From Octopus sinensis (lineage: Eukaryota), in NCBI RefSeq assembly GCF_006345805.1, contig NC_043010.1, positions 51,274,001 through 51,338,000 of the forward strand: a stretch of DNA of 64,000 nucleotides, read 5' to 3'. The notes beneath the pieces are model-generated. The model was not told the origin of the DNA, searched no databases, and saw nothing but the letters and a program-made list of their open reading frames with translations. Position numbers and translations under genes: made by a program. Shown piece by piece: positions 50,264 to 62,179 of this stretch (within the stretch, counting starts at the first letter, position 1; each line of letters opens with the position of its first letter).

Positions 50264-50678
50264 GGCAGCGATCTGGCAGAAACGTTAGCACGCTGGGTGA
50301 AATGCTTAGCGGTATTTCGTCTGCCGCTACGTTCTGAGTTTAAATTCCGCCAAGGTCGACTTTGCCTTTCATCCTTTCGGGGTCGATTAAATAAGTACCA
50401 GTTACGCACTGGGGTCGATCTAATCGACTTAATCCGTTTGTCTGTCCTTGTTTGTCCCTTCTGTGTTTAGCCCCTTGTGTGTAGTAAAGAAATAGGTATT
50501 TCTTCTGCCGCTACGTTCTGAGTTCAAATTCAGCCAAGGTTGACTTTGCCTTTCATCCTTTCGGGGTCGATTAAATAAGTACCAGTTACACATTGGGGTC
50601 GATGTAATCAACTTAATCCGTTTGTCTGGCCTTGTTTGTCCCTTCTGTATTTAGCCCCTTGTGGGTAGTAAAGAAATA
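50264..50678 (+). mobile_element. SINE family B dimer (full unit + headless unit) in the 3' UTR/flank
   Basis: Single 17-bp TSD GTTATATAAAATGCCTT at 50245-50261 and 50679-50695. Confidence 0.9.
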
Positions 50679-51541
50679 GTTATATAAAATGCCTTTTTCC
50701 CCCCAAAAAAGTATTTCTTAGAAATTACTCCAGGTCCTATTATACGAAGTTGAGACTCCCATAAACTTTAACAGTATTTAAACAGACCATATCCAGCTCA
50801 AATATTCTACCTGTTTTCTGTTAAAACTAGTCAGATCTGTCCTCTTGCACCTAATCTACACTGTCATTCAAAAAATAAACAATCACACCATTGAAATCTT
50901 GAAGCTATGAGATAATGCATGATTAATTTTAAAGCAATACAGATAAATAAGCATTACATTTGACAGAGTAATCTGAAAGCTAAAACATTAATGCAGCTAA
51001 AAATATGCACTTATATGGTGTGCACTTAATATGCCCATGCATCTTTTATGCCATCAGATACAGCATCTATTTCCTCTACTTCTTTCACTCAATTTATTTT
51101 CTCTTTCTCTCTCTCCCACCTCTTTTAGCCTCACTCTCAACACATTGAATCAATAGTCCTCTACTTTCACTTTTCCTTTCACTATCACTCTCTACATAAC
51201 ACCTTTCTTTCTGTCAATAACTTCTCTCTCTCCTTATGTGTGTGTATATATATGCATACACATACATAGTACTCATATCAAAATGTGTCCTCACACACAC
51301 ACAAATATATATAATAATAGTTTTACATTTTTTCTGTGCTGCCCTGTGTTTTACAGTTCTGTTCCAAAACAGTCTCATAACTTGTTAGGAACTTACCTTT
51401 TCTCACACACATAACAATATATTTTATATGTAAGTAAATATGAGAGTGATATTACTATCAAAATATCATTAGTGGCAGCGAGTACCAGCCGTACAGGCGA
51501 AATTAATAAAATATATATAAGATATATACATATACATATAT

Positions 51542-51589
<48 letters not shown>

Positions 51590-51591
<2 letters not shown>

Positions 51592-53243
51592 AGGGTACTA
51601 TGTGAGCACCTGCATCACTAAAAATAGAAGTCAAAAATACTTCTGTGCCACGGAATAGTCACAAAATTAATACAAGCATGATAGGAAAAAATTCCAGTGA
51701 CCAATAACATCGTGTTACCTCTGCTAGGTCAGCAAAATTAATACTAGTTAGTTTGATATGATTTTCATCAGTCAAACTTGCCAACCAACAGCTACTAAAA
51801 TTTGCCCCCACCATGCCTGCAAATTCATTTGAAGTGGCCAAACACCGCTCAAACAAAATACGTGAAATTATTCACAAGTAAATATGAGTGTGTTAGTACT
51901 ATCAAAATACCAGCCATACAGGCAAAAATTAATAAAATATCATCATCATCATCATCATCATCGCTTAACGTCCGCTTTCCATGCTAGCAAGGGTTGGAAA
52001 ATTTGACTGAAGTCTGGCGAACCAGATGGCTGCACCAGGCTCCAATCTGATCTGGCAGAGTCTCTACAGCTGGATGCCCTTCCTAATGCCAACCACTCCG
52101 AGAGTGTAGTGGGTGCTTTTACGTGCCACTGGCACGAGGGCCGGTCAGTCGGTACTGGCAATGGCCACACTCAAATGGTGTTTTTTACACGCCACCTCTG
52201 CACAGGAGCCAGTCCAGCTGCACTGGAAATGACCTCACTCAAATGTTTTTTTCAATTGCCAGTAAGGTGACACTAGTAATGATCACGCCCGAATGGTGCT
52301 CTTTACGTGCCACTGGCATGGAAACCAGTTTGCTGCTCTGGCAACAATCACGCTTGGATGGTGCTTTTAGCACGGATGCCAGTCATCGAATTTGATTTCA
52401 ATTTATATATATATATATATATAGAAGGGTACTACATGAGCACCTGCATTGCTAAAAATAGAAGTCAAAAATACTTCAGTGTCACGGAATAGTCATAAAA
52501 TTAATACAAGCACAATAGGTAAAGATTTCAGTGAACAATAAAGTTGTCTTACCTCTGCTACGTCAAAAAATTAATGCTGGTTAGTTTGATATGATTTTGA
52601 ATTTAGTGCCAAATGGTGTCTGATTCTCCTGAGCCAAAAACTGCTAAAATTTGTCCCTATGCCTGCAAATTCGTTTGAGGTGGCCAAACACCACTCAAAC
52701 AAACGAAGTACGTGAAATTATTTATTACTAAATATGAGAGTTGGCCGCTTCAAACGAATTTTCAGGCATGGTGGGGGCAAATTTTAGTCGTTGGCTCATG
52801 AGAATCAGGCAACGTTTGGCGCTAAATTCGAAATCCTGATATCAAACTAATCAGCATTACTTTTGCTGACCTAGCAGAGGTAAGACAATTTTATTGGTCA
52901 CTGGAATTTTTTTTTATAATGCTTGTATTAATTTTATGACTATTCTGTGGCACAGAAGGCAGCGAGCTGGCAGAAAAGCTAGCATGCCGGGCAAAATGCT
53001 TAGCGGCATTTAGTTTATTTATATGTTCTGAGTTCAAATTCCGCCAAGGTCAACTTTGCCTTTCATCCTTTCAGGGCCGATTAAATAAGTACCAGTTACG
53101 CACTGGGGTTGATGTAATCAACTTAATCCCTTTGTCTGTCCTTGTTTGTCCCCTCTATATTTAGCCTCTTGTGGGCAATAAAGAAATTAGAAGTATTTTT
53201 GACTTCTATTTTTAGCAATGCAGGTGCTCACATAGTACCCTTG
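51590..53243. mobile_element. Unclassified long-TIR fold-back element: extra left arm 51590-51945 plus palindromic copy 52425-53243
   Basis: Termini (C)AAGGGTACTA / TAGTACCCTTG embedded in (TA)n; ~320-bp arms; SINE B (52959-53188, AGAAG TSD) in the right arm. Confidence 0.75.
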
Positions 53244-53849
53244 TATATATATATATATATCTTATATAACAAAAGATACAAATATATATCTTTTGTTATA
53301 TATATCTTTTATTTATATATATACACACATCATTTATATATATGTATTTTATGTATATATATGTATTTTTTATATATATATATATACATGTATATATACA
53401 CACACACACAAAGAGGGAGTTCAAGCATAGCCATGCGGTTAAGCAGTTTGATCCCTAACCATATGGCTTCAGGTTCAGTCCCACTGTGTCATACCTTGGG
53501 CAAGTGTCTTCTAATATAGCCCTGGGTTTTCTAGATGGATTTGGTAGACAGAAGTTAAAAGAAGCCTACTGTAGACCTACATGCATACACACATGTCTAT
53601 GTGCTTGTTTGTCTACTTATCTTGGTAGTTGTAAATGATTGACATTGTCATAGTGTTATTCATTTCCAATATTCTCCGAGAACATGTTTGACCATGTGAA
53701 AACATTACCTTACTTGCAAGCAGGTGAGAGCTGGTGACTAGATGGGCATCTAGCCATAGAAAATCTGCCTAAATAAAACTCTATCTAACTCATTCAGGCA
53801 GGCAAAAGCGGATGTTAAAATAATAATGAAGATGACGATTATATATATA

Positions 53850-54303
53850 CCGTAAATCCTCGAGTATAATCCAAATTTTTTTCCCAAAATTTAAAGATCA
53901 AAATCCCTAGTGTGTATTATACACGAGGTTAAAAATGAAAATTATTTTCTAGGCAATGTCCGAGTCTCTATTTGCTGTCCGGCAATGTTTATTCAGACGC
54001 ATTTTGTGATGTCAGGTGCGAAAATACCTTAAATCATCCATAACTTGCTGTAAGCAACATTTATTAAATATTTCTTTATTTTCTGCAAACAAAATGCACA
54101 AAAAAGCTACATGTTTGCATTATGTTACATATAGAATAATAAAGGACGTTACCGTATACAGTTTTACAAACCAAGGAGGTTATATAGACCTCCTTGACTC
54201 AAGTTAGAGAAGGGTTGCGTGTTATACAAAAGGTTTAGGTTTTTCAGAGGTACAGCCCCCTACGTATTATACTCAAGGGCAAACTATACTTGAAGATTTG
54301 CGG
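53850..54303. mobile_element. pogo/Tc2-type MITE
   Basis: TA|CCGTAAATCCTCGAGTATA ... TATACTTGAAGATTTGCGG|TA. Confidence 0.75.
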
Positions 54304-54559
54304 TATATATATATATATATATATATATGGGGTGTAATAGGTAAAGAGGGACCACTTAAATATCTTTATTATAAATGGTATGACTCAGGGAAAATCAAAC
54401 ACTGCAAATTTTATGTTTATGCCAATTTGTTGTGGAGTGTTTTAGCAGTTATTTCAGTTCAATTTGACCACCATTTGCTTTCTTTACCAGTTGAATCCAT
54501 TTACGAAATGATGCCAATACCTTAACTATTTCTTCCTTTTTCGTTTTACTGAATGGCTT

Positions 54560-55480
54560 GCTTGATCGAAGCCTTCAGTGAAGACACATGATTGTGAGTA
54601 GTTGTATTAGATATTGTTTCAACTGCGTCCCCCCCCCCCATAGGCAAAAACCACAGAGATTCAAATCTGGCAAGCTGGAGGGCCAGATATCTTTTGGGAC
54701 AAGCATGAGCAATTCCTCCTCCAAAATTTCTTGCACTCTTTTCAAAGAATGGGTGGGTGTGGAGTCCTGTACAAACATGACTCGATTTGCATCATAATGC
54801 TTCCTAATCCAAGACAATGAAATTAAGATTTTGAAATACTCTGCTGTGTTGATTTTAAGACCCACTTCAATAAAATGAGGAGGCATCAATTTCCCTTCAC
54901 TTGCAACAGCTCCAAAGACCATAATGAAAGCCGGATTCTTGCTATGCAGAGCTGAAGAAATTCAATAGGAGTCATATGCTATCACATGAGTTTTAATACT
55001 TTGTAAATTTTCTTACACCACGAAGATGCGGGCGTCTCAGCCATATTTCAGATGACTAGGAAGTTTGGGATTCCTTTCAACTTGAATGGTTTTGGAATGG
55101 GTAGTTAGGATGTTATGGTGTTTCCTCGTGTACAATTTCATATGGAGGTCTTGTCTTACAGTCCTAGAAATGGTCATTTTACTGATTCCTCAATTGTGAG
55201 CTAACTTTGCCATCAGTTTTGATGGGTTCGACTCAACTGATCTTTGAAGTCCTGCTAAGAAGTGAGGTGTGCATTTTTGGTCACTACAAGAAATATGAAG
55301 CTTTCTCCAAACTTCCTGATTTTTTTTTTCAAATTGGCTACAACTCTAAAAACGGTAGATCTGGCATACTTTGTAGCTCTAACAGTCTCCCCAGCACTTC
55401 TACTGGCGTGGAATAATTTGGCAATTACACTTCTACAGTTTAATTCTTTATTGGCATTCATAATTTGGTCAATCAGAAAT
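54560..55480 (-). pseudogene. Decayed Tc1/mariner-superfamily transposase (maT/DD37D-like)
   Basis: MVFGAVASEGKLMPP..., FVQDSTPTH..., WPSSLPDLNLCGFCLWG, with an HTH-like TKYARSTVFRVV upstream. Confidence 0.8.
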
Positions 55481-55516
55481 AAAAGATAGTGCAAGAGATT
55501 ATTCAAGCTTGTAATA

Positions 55517-55646
55517 TAAGGTTGTCCCAAAAGTTCGTAAACATAAATGTCTTTATTTTGAGGAATAATTTTTGTTGTTTTTGTTAATACTTGGCGAGTA
55601 AAAATTCAATTTTCGCAAGTGTTTACAAACTTTTGGGACAACCTAA
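55517..55646. mobile_element. 130-bp mariner-type MITE
   Basis: ~27-bp TIRs T(A/T)AGGTTGTCCCAAAAGTT(C/T)GTAAACA with TA flanks. Confidence 0.85.
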
Positions 55647-56946
55647 TATTTAAAATTTAGACTCCAGCAAAATCTATACAATCAGAAATATAGGACCATC
55701 ATCATCATTTAACTTCTGTTATCCATGCTGGCATGGGTTAGATGGCTTGACTGGAGCTGGTAAGCTGCACAAGGCTCTTGTCTGTTTTGGCTTGGTTTCT
55801 ATGGTTGTATGCCCTTCCTAATGGCAACTGCTTTACAGAATGAACTAGGTGATTTTTATGTGTTTCCAGCAAGGGTGCCTTCTATGTGTCACTGGTACGA
55901 GTGCCTTTCATGCATCACCACACTCTTTATAACACTGTATAACATGGCATCTACTTGGAGATTACATTAAGCAATACAAAAGAGAAGCTGGTGTTTACGG
56001 AATACTTACATTATAACAACAAATAGGCAGCACCAATCATTGCACAACTGAAACACTTACCCAGCATCGTCGTAAAATCCAAGGTGTAATTATGAAATCC
56101 TGTGCAAACCAGTTGTGCAGATTGACTTCTAGAGTGCACATAAATCTATAAATATTAAGATAAATTTGTCTTCTATTTCTTGGAGGATGTGGCCATAATG
56201 CATATATCTACATATTTTTATCTGATCTTTAAGATGCCATGTGTTTAATATAACATTAAATTTGGCCATTTGTTACAATAATTCTCAGAAACCTTTAAGT
56301 CTATTTTGAATAAAACATTTAAATGCTTTGTGTGTAGTTTAATTTCTTATGTGCACTAGATGTTGTTGTCGTTGTCAACCCCCAGGTCCCTCTTGATGTA
56401 TTAGATCTGGGGTCAAAGCTATTTAAGCTGTGACTTACCAATCATGTTTTCAGACATACCTAGGTTCAATGTAACTTACTTAAGGTAGTAGATTGTGATT
56501 TTTTTTTTGAGGAGGAGGAGGGGAGTGTCTTTCTATTTTTTAAAATAATTTTACAAGTGGAACAATTGCATTAACATGTTAGCTCAGACAATCCTCCAGA
56601 GATAGTGGTATGTTTGCAAAATCCATATGATCCTCCAGTGATTGTCTGAACAAGATTATATTTAGAGTTATGTCCCTTGGCTCCAAAGCTTCTTTCACTA
56701 GGATTTTACCACTGATTTAGCTTATATGATATATATATATCATCATAATTATTTAGTGTCCATTTTCCATGTTGGCATGGTTAGACAGTATGACTGAAAT
56801 TGGTAAACAGGATAGCTGTGCCAGACTCCAGTCTGTTTTGGTTTGGTTTCTATGGCTGGATGCCCTTCCTAATACCAACCACTTCAAAGAGTGAACCAGG
56901 TGCCTTTAACATGTCTCCAGTACTTGTGCCATATATATATATAATA

Positions 56947-57656
56947 CTAGCAGCTAAGCCCGGTTTCATCCGGTCTGTTTGGATGATGTGGCTGTGATCG
57001 TTTTTGGTTAGGCATAATCTATAACGGCATTTCTCAACCATATCATTTCGGGTCCCCTGTTTTGATTGGAGCCTCCCCGTTTGTCATAAAACAGCTTCAG
57101 GAGTTGTGAAGAACGAATTTGTACGCAGTCTGTTTCTGAGAGCTATTCTATTGGACCTCTGTCTAATCATTAAAACATTGATTTAATTATGAACATAGAA
57201 AGAAATTATACATTAATCCCTATTTTTGTAAGCAGTTGTATCCGTAAAAAATTTTATTTGCAGAGAGCAGAAATTGAAAGAAGATATATGAAAAGGACGT
57301 GTGTGTGTGTGCTTGCGCGTGTGTATGTGAGAGAAAAGAAGAGAGAAAGCCTAGTAAAAGTTTTGGTTGACTGTCATCCTGTACTCCCCTTGTTGCTAGT
57401 GAAATGGTATATGCCAGCTGTGTGAGCAACTGGTTGTTTTAATGGTGGAAAAAACAGGGGAATTCCATTAGAAAAAGTTTTAATCGATTTTCTCGGTAAG
57501 TATGGGGGCTAGGAAAAAAATACAAACCGCATTCCAATGTATGCACCCGTCTGCACATGTGTGCCATTTTTCACGCGAATCCACTCAGCCATTTGGCTGT
57601 GAACCTCTAGACAAGAAAGAATACAACAATCGCCCATGTCCAATTTATATTACAGA
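56947..57656 (-). mobile_element. Non-autonomous Helitron (second family)
   Basis: Minus strand 5'-TC ... CCGGATGAAACCGG hairpin ... CTAG-3' in an A|T target. Confidence 0.7.
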
Positions 57657-59411
57657 TTATATAGTAATATGTATTACATATTAAACACGATATATAATGC
57701 GTATTATATAATTCATGCAATCAAATATTACAATGGCAAAAATAAAAAGTAATTAAAAAAAAAGATTTTTAAAAATTATTTTCATCAGAAAAGTTTTATT
57801 ATCATTATGCAAATATACATGGTTCTCTTTTTTTTTTTTTTAATTTATTTTTAATTTAATTGTTTTAACATCAGAAAGAAACAAACTGTTTTATTTCAGG
57901 AAAAAAGAAAACTGTTTTCTCACAGTTGAAAATTATTGGAAATCATCACCATCATAATTGTTATTATTATTATTATTATTTTTAAGGTAGTGAGCTGGCA
58001 GAATTGTTAGCACATCTGAAAAAAAATGCTTTGCAGTATTTCATCTGACTCTTAATGTTCTGAGTTCAAATTCCACTGAGGTTGTTTTTTTTTTTATATC
58101 ATTTCAGAATCAATAGAATGGGTACCAGTTGAGCACTGGGGATTAATGTAATTGACTAGCTCCTGCCCAAGCCCATCCCAAATTCCAGACCTTGTGCCAT
58201 TAGTAGAAAGAATTACCATTATTTTAAGGCTTTGAGCTGGTAGAATTATGAGAGCATCCAAAAAAAAGGGGTCTGTGATATTTCTTCCAACTCATTCTGC
58301 TTCACGATCAAATTCCACCGAGGTCAGTTTTGTCTTACCTTATTAAGGGGTCAATGAAATAAGTCCCAGTTGAACACTTGAGTCAATATAATCAACCGAC
58401 ATCCTCTCACCAAAATTGGTTGGCGTTGGGCTTAATAGAAGACACTTGACCAAGGTGCCGTGCAGTGGGGACCAAACCCAAGACCACATGGTTGCAAAAT
58501 GAGCTTCTTAACGATACATCAATTGCTTGTGTCTTTTAGAACAAAAAAAAAAAAAGGAAAAAAACATTTTCACATCTTAGAGGTTCATCTTTGATGCAGT
58601 TTCACTTTCCTGTTCTTAGCATTTTAAATAATCACAGTTCATGGGAAAGATATACACAGTAGTGGTAAAATGTTTGCTTCCTAATGACATGGTTCCCGGT
58701 TCAGTCTCACTGCATAGTAGTTTGGGCAAGAGTCTTTTACGATGGAAACTGAAAGAAGCCTGTTGTACATACATCTGTGTCTTTGTTCCCTACCTCTTGT
58801 CTACTAGTGTTAGTTTATGTCCCCATAATTTATCAATGCTTAAAAAAAATAAAAAAGTACTGGGGTTAATTTGTTTGACTAAACCCCTTCAAGGTGGTGT
58901 GCTACACAGGGCCATATCTAATGACTGAAACCAGTAAAAAAGAAAACAGTAAAACATCACTTTACCTCCCACCCCTAAAATACCATAAAATTTCACATTC
59001 GTATCCCACAAAAGTAATTTTCACTTCTCTTCTAACAAGTGTTTAGGTGAGCATTCCCATTATAGTCACAATTAGGTATTGATTGTACTAGACTAAACCC
59101 CACCACCCACCTTTATTCTCCAACATAAACTGGAAAATCTCTACATTTGGTTACATTTCAAATCATGCCAGGGTCATTAAATTATTAAATAGTAGTGATA
59201 AATTGGTGTTGATTCAAGTGAGTATTTTATATATATAAACATTCCCTTACATATGCAGCTGAATCAACATGTACATATGTATATAAACATACACTAATAT
59301 ATATTCAAATCACAGTATATATACACACAAACACACTCAAATAAAATACAATTTTCATGAAAAAAAAAAATGTCCCATAGTATAAGTATTCCCACCCAAA
59401 AATTCTTCAAG

Positions 59412-59585
59412 TTTTCCAGTAATCAACTATTATACCTAAACTTGCCCCTTTTATAAGCATGGACTTATGTTTCCCAGTAATCAAATATTATACCTAAATT
59501 TGTCCCTTTTATAAACCTGGACTTATGTTTCCCAGTAATCAACTATTATATCTAAACTTGTCCCTTTTATAAGCCTGGACTTATG
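59412..59585. repeat. 58-bp minisatellite x3
   Basis: Unit TTTCCCAGTAATCAACTATTATACCTAAACTTGTCCCTTTTATAAGCCTGGACTTATG at 59412, 59470, 59528. Confidence 0.92.
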
Positions 59586-59789
59586 TCAATTTAAAACAAA
59601 ACAATTCACTGTCATTGCAAACCTGCAGAAAAAATTATAGATAAACAATATTTAGCTACATCTCTTTTTATCAGTGATGGCCAACTTGTAACAACCAAAG
59701 GACTTGAAGAAAAAAAAAAACACAACAAAATCCCCCAGTAATATAATGTTATAAAAATCTATAAGTATTTACGTCAAACTAAAATCTGA

Positions 59790-60110
59790 AGTAATGTTAC
59801 TTGAGAGAGTGCACAGCTTTGAGGTCAGGGGGTCTCTCCAGGATGAGCTGCTATTTCTCCACATTGAGAGATCACAGCTTCAGTGCAACGGCGGACATTT
59901 GATTAGAATTGCTACAGAGATCCTTCAAGCCAAGCCAACAGGCAAGGCATCTAAGGGTGGATAAAGAAAGAGATGGTTTGATAATATCAGTTGGTCAAGC
60001 TTATGAATCAAGCTAGAAAGTGTAATGATGGTTGCTTCTGATAGGACCCTATGGAGGAAGTGCTTCAGGACTCTACCCTGACAATCTTTCCAGGAATAGT
60101 AGGCAGAGAA
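59790..60110 (+). mobile_element. Decayed RTE-type LINE 3' end (shorter copy at ~46920-46990)
   Basis: LHIERSQL...GHLIR...ILQAKPTGK...RWFDNI...VASDRTLWR. Confidence 0.7.
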
Positions 60111-60355
60111 AATGGGTGAATAAAATACATGTGTACATGTAAGAGCAGCTTCAAAGATAGGATTATTTAACCCTTTTGATACCAACCCACCCTGATTCTA
60201 TGTGGCAAACTTAATGTAAATAAAACTATCCGTCAAAATTTCAAGTTAATTTATGATTCAGTGTGTACATTTAGTGTATACATGTGTGCATATCAAGTGT
60301 ACTAATGTGTGTATGTATAGTGTGTGTGTAGTATGTATACATGTATAGTGTAGAG

Positions 60356-60667
60356 CAGTGTTTCTCAACTGGGGTTCAAACGATAAAATAGTAAACTGGG
60401 GATCCACAATTGAATTTTAAGGGCCTCTGAAAATATTTTGCTTTAGATGTATGTATTGGTATGTATTGCAAGAAACAGATAGGTTTCTTTCTCTAATATT
60501 TTACATAGTTCAACCTATACAAGTTAACGTGTGAAAAGCAAAATAAGAATTTTGAAAGAAGTAACTATAAAACTAGTTTTTAAACATCAAATGGCTATCG
60601 GGTCCACCAGAATAAAATAGTAATCAAAGGAGTTCATAGATAAAAAAAAAATGGTTGAGAACCCCTG
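60356..60667. mobile_element. hAT (Charlie-like) MITE
   Basis: TIRs CAGTGTTTCTCAAC / GTTGAGAACCCCTG; 8-bp TSD GTGTAGAG / ATCTAGAG. Confidence 0.8.
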
Positions 60668-62129
60668 ATCTAGAGTGTTATTGTGTGTGCATATGGGAAG
60701 CTGACCTGCAACTACAAGATGTCCTCCAGATATTTAGAAAAGCATTATGATCCTACAGATGTAAATTGAGAGAAAGTGAGTTGGGTTTGAGATTAACAAA
60801 TCTGTTAGAACAAAAAGATGAAGGAAATCTCTCCGAAATAGAAAATGTCCGATAAGTGAATTGATATCGAAATGAGAGTGAGAGATGGTTGTTAGTTGCT
60901 GAAGATACTCGTTTGTTTAAATTTGAGAATACAGAAGCAAGACTAATTTGTGCAATCTAAAAACATTAGATTCAATAGTAAAATAACAAATGATGATAAC
61001 GGTGAGCTTCTAACAATACAGAAAGGACAAGTTAAGTAACCTTTATATTGCTGACATTATAAGAATCTCAAACTTTCAAGAGAAATAATTCTTTTTTGGC
61101 AATAGTAGATTTTGAAGGACACAGAGCTACAACAGCACATACACACTGGATAGAAGGGCCAGCCTTTGACTCTTTCTATCCCAAAGAGCTTTACAACCCA
61201 ATATCTACATGCTGTTATGTATTACCTCTACATATTTCTGGCCACCACCAAAAGTGAATGGCTTAAAGAAAATTAAGTTTAGATCTTGCCATGTTGACTG
61301 CTGTACAGGTCTCTGGGTCTGAAACATGTAAAGGTCACTTAACTTTCCCATTTTGCATTGTTAGAAGCTTTCCGTCTTCATTATTTGTTATTCTACATCT
61401 GTATCACAATGCTTCAAGCAAATTACAATGCTCTTCTTTATTAGATTTAAAAGATTTTCTAGTTTTTACCATCGTAGTTATCGAGACCCCCTTTGGTCAT
61501 GAAGGACCATGGGATTGCATCTAGGAAGTTACCCTCTGAGGCACAAGTCCGGGCAAAGTTGTTTATGGAAGGCCAACAGTCGCCCATGCATATCAGCCTC
61601 CTACTCTCCACACCACTGATGTTATCCAAGAGAAAGGCAACGGCCAATACAGCTTGGCACCTGGCACGTTGCAACTCATTTCTACAGCTGAGTGAACTGG
61701 AGCAACATGAAATAAAGTGTATTGCTCAAGAACACAACACGCAGCCCAGTCCGGGAATCGAGCTCACAACATCACGATCGTAAGCTCGACGCTCTAACCA
61801 CTGAGCCATGCGCCTTCACCATCATAGTTATAAAAAGTTGGTTTCTCAACAATCACCATACATTCTATACCAAATATCAGCATTTTAACATCTACTTTTC
61901 TATACTTGCATGGATCAGATAGAATTATTTGAGTCAGATTTCTATGATAAGTCTTCCTTCCTATCACCAACTTTCACAGGTTTCTAAGAGAGGAATATTT
62001 TACCATGGCTAGACATGATTTCACAGATTGGAAATGAAAGACACTGCTTCTATGACAGCGACGGTCACTTACAACTATCACATGATGTCAAGACAGAGAC
62101 ACACACACGTGTGTGTGTACATACATGCA

Positions 62130-62179
<50 letters not shown>

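Noticed and set aside
56061-56128. Minus-strand exon-like unit encoding ...HNYTLDFTTML (WWE-like) with GTAAGT donor
   Set aside because: Orphan: no compatible exons found in 50-64 kb; similarity too short to support
59412-59585. CRISPR-like regular repeat
   Set aside because: Contiguous tandem units without unique spacers, in a eukaryotic genome
61125-61160. QQHIHTG*K resembling a C2H2 zinc-finger linker
   Set aside because: No CxxC or correct His spacing upstream; single short match
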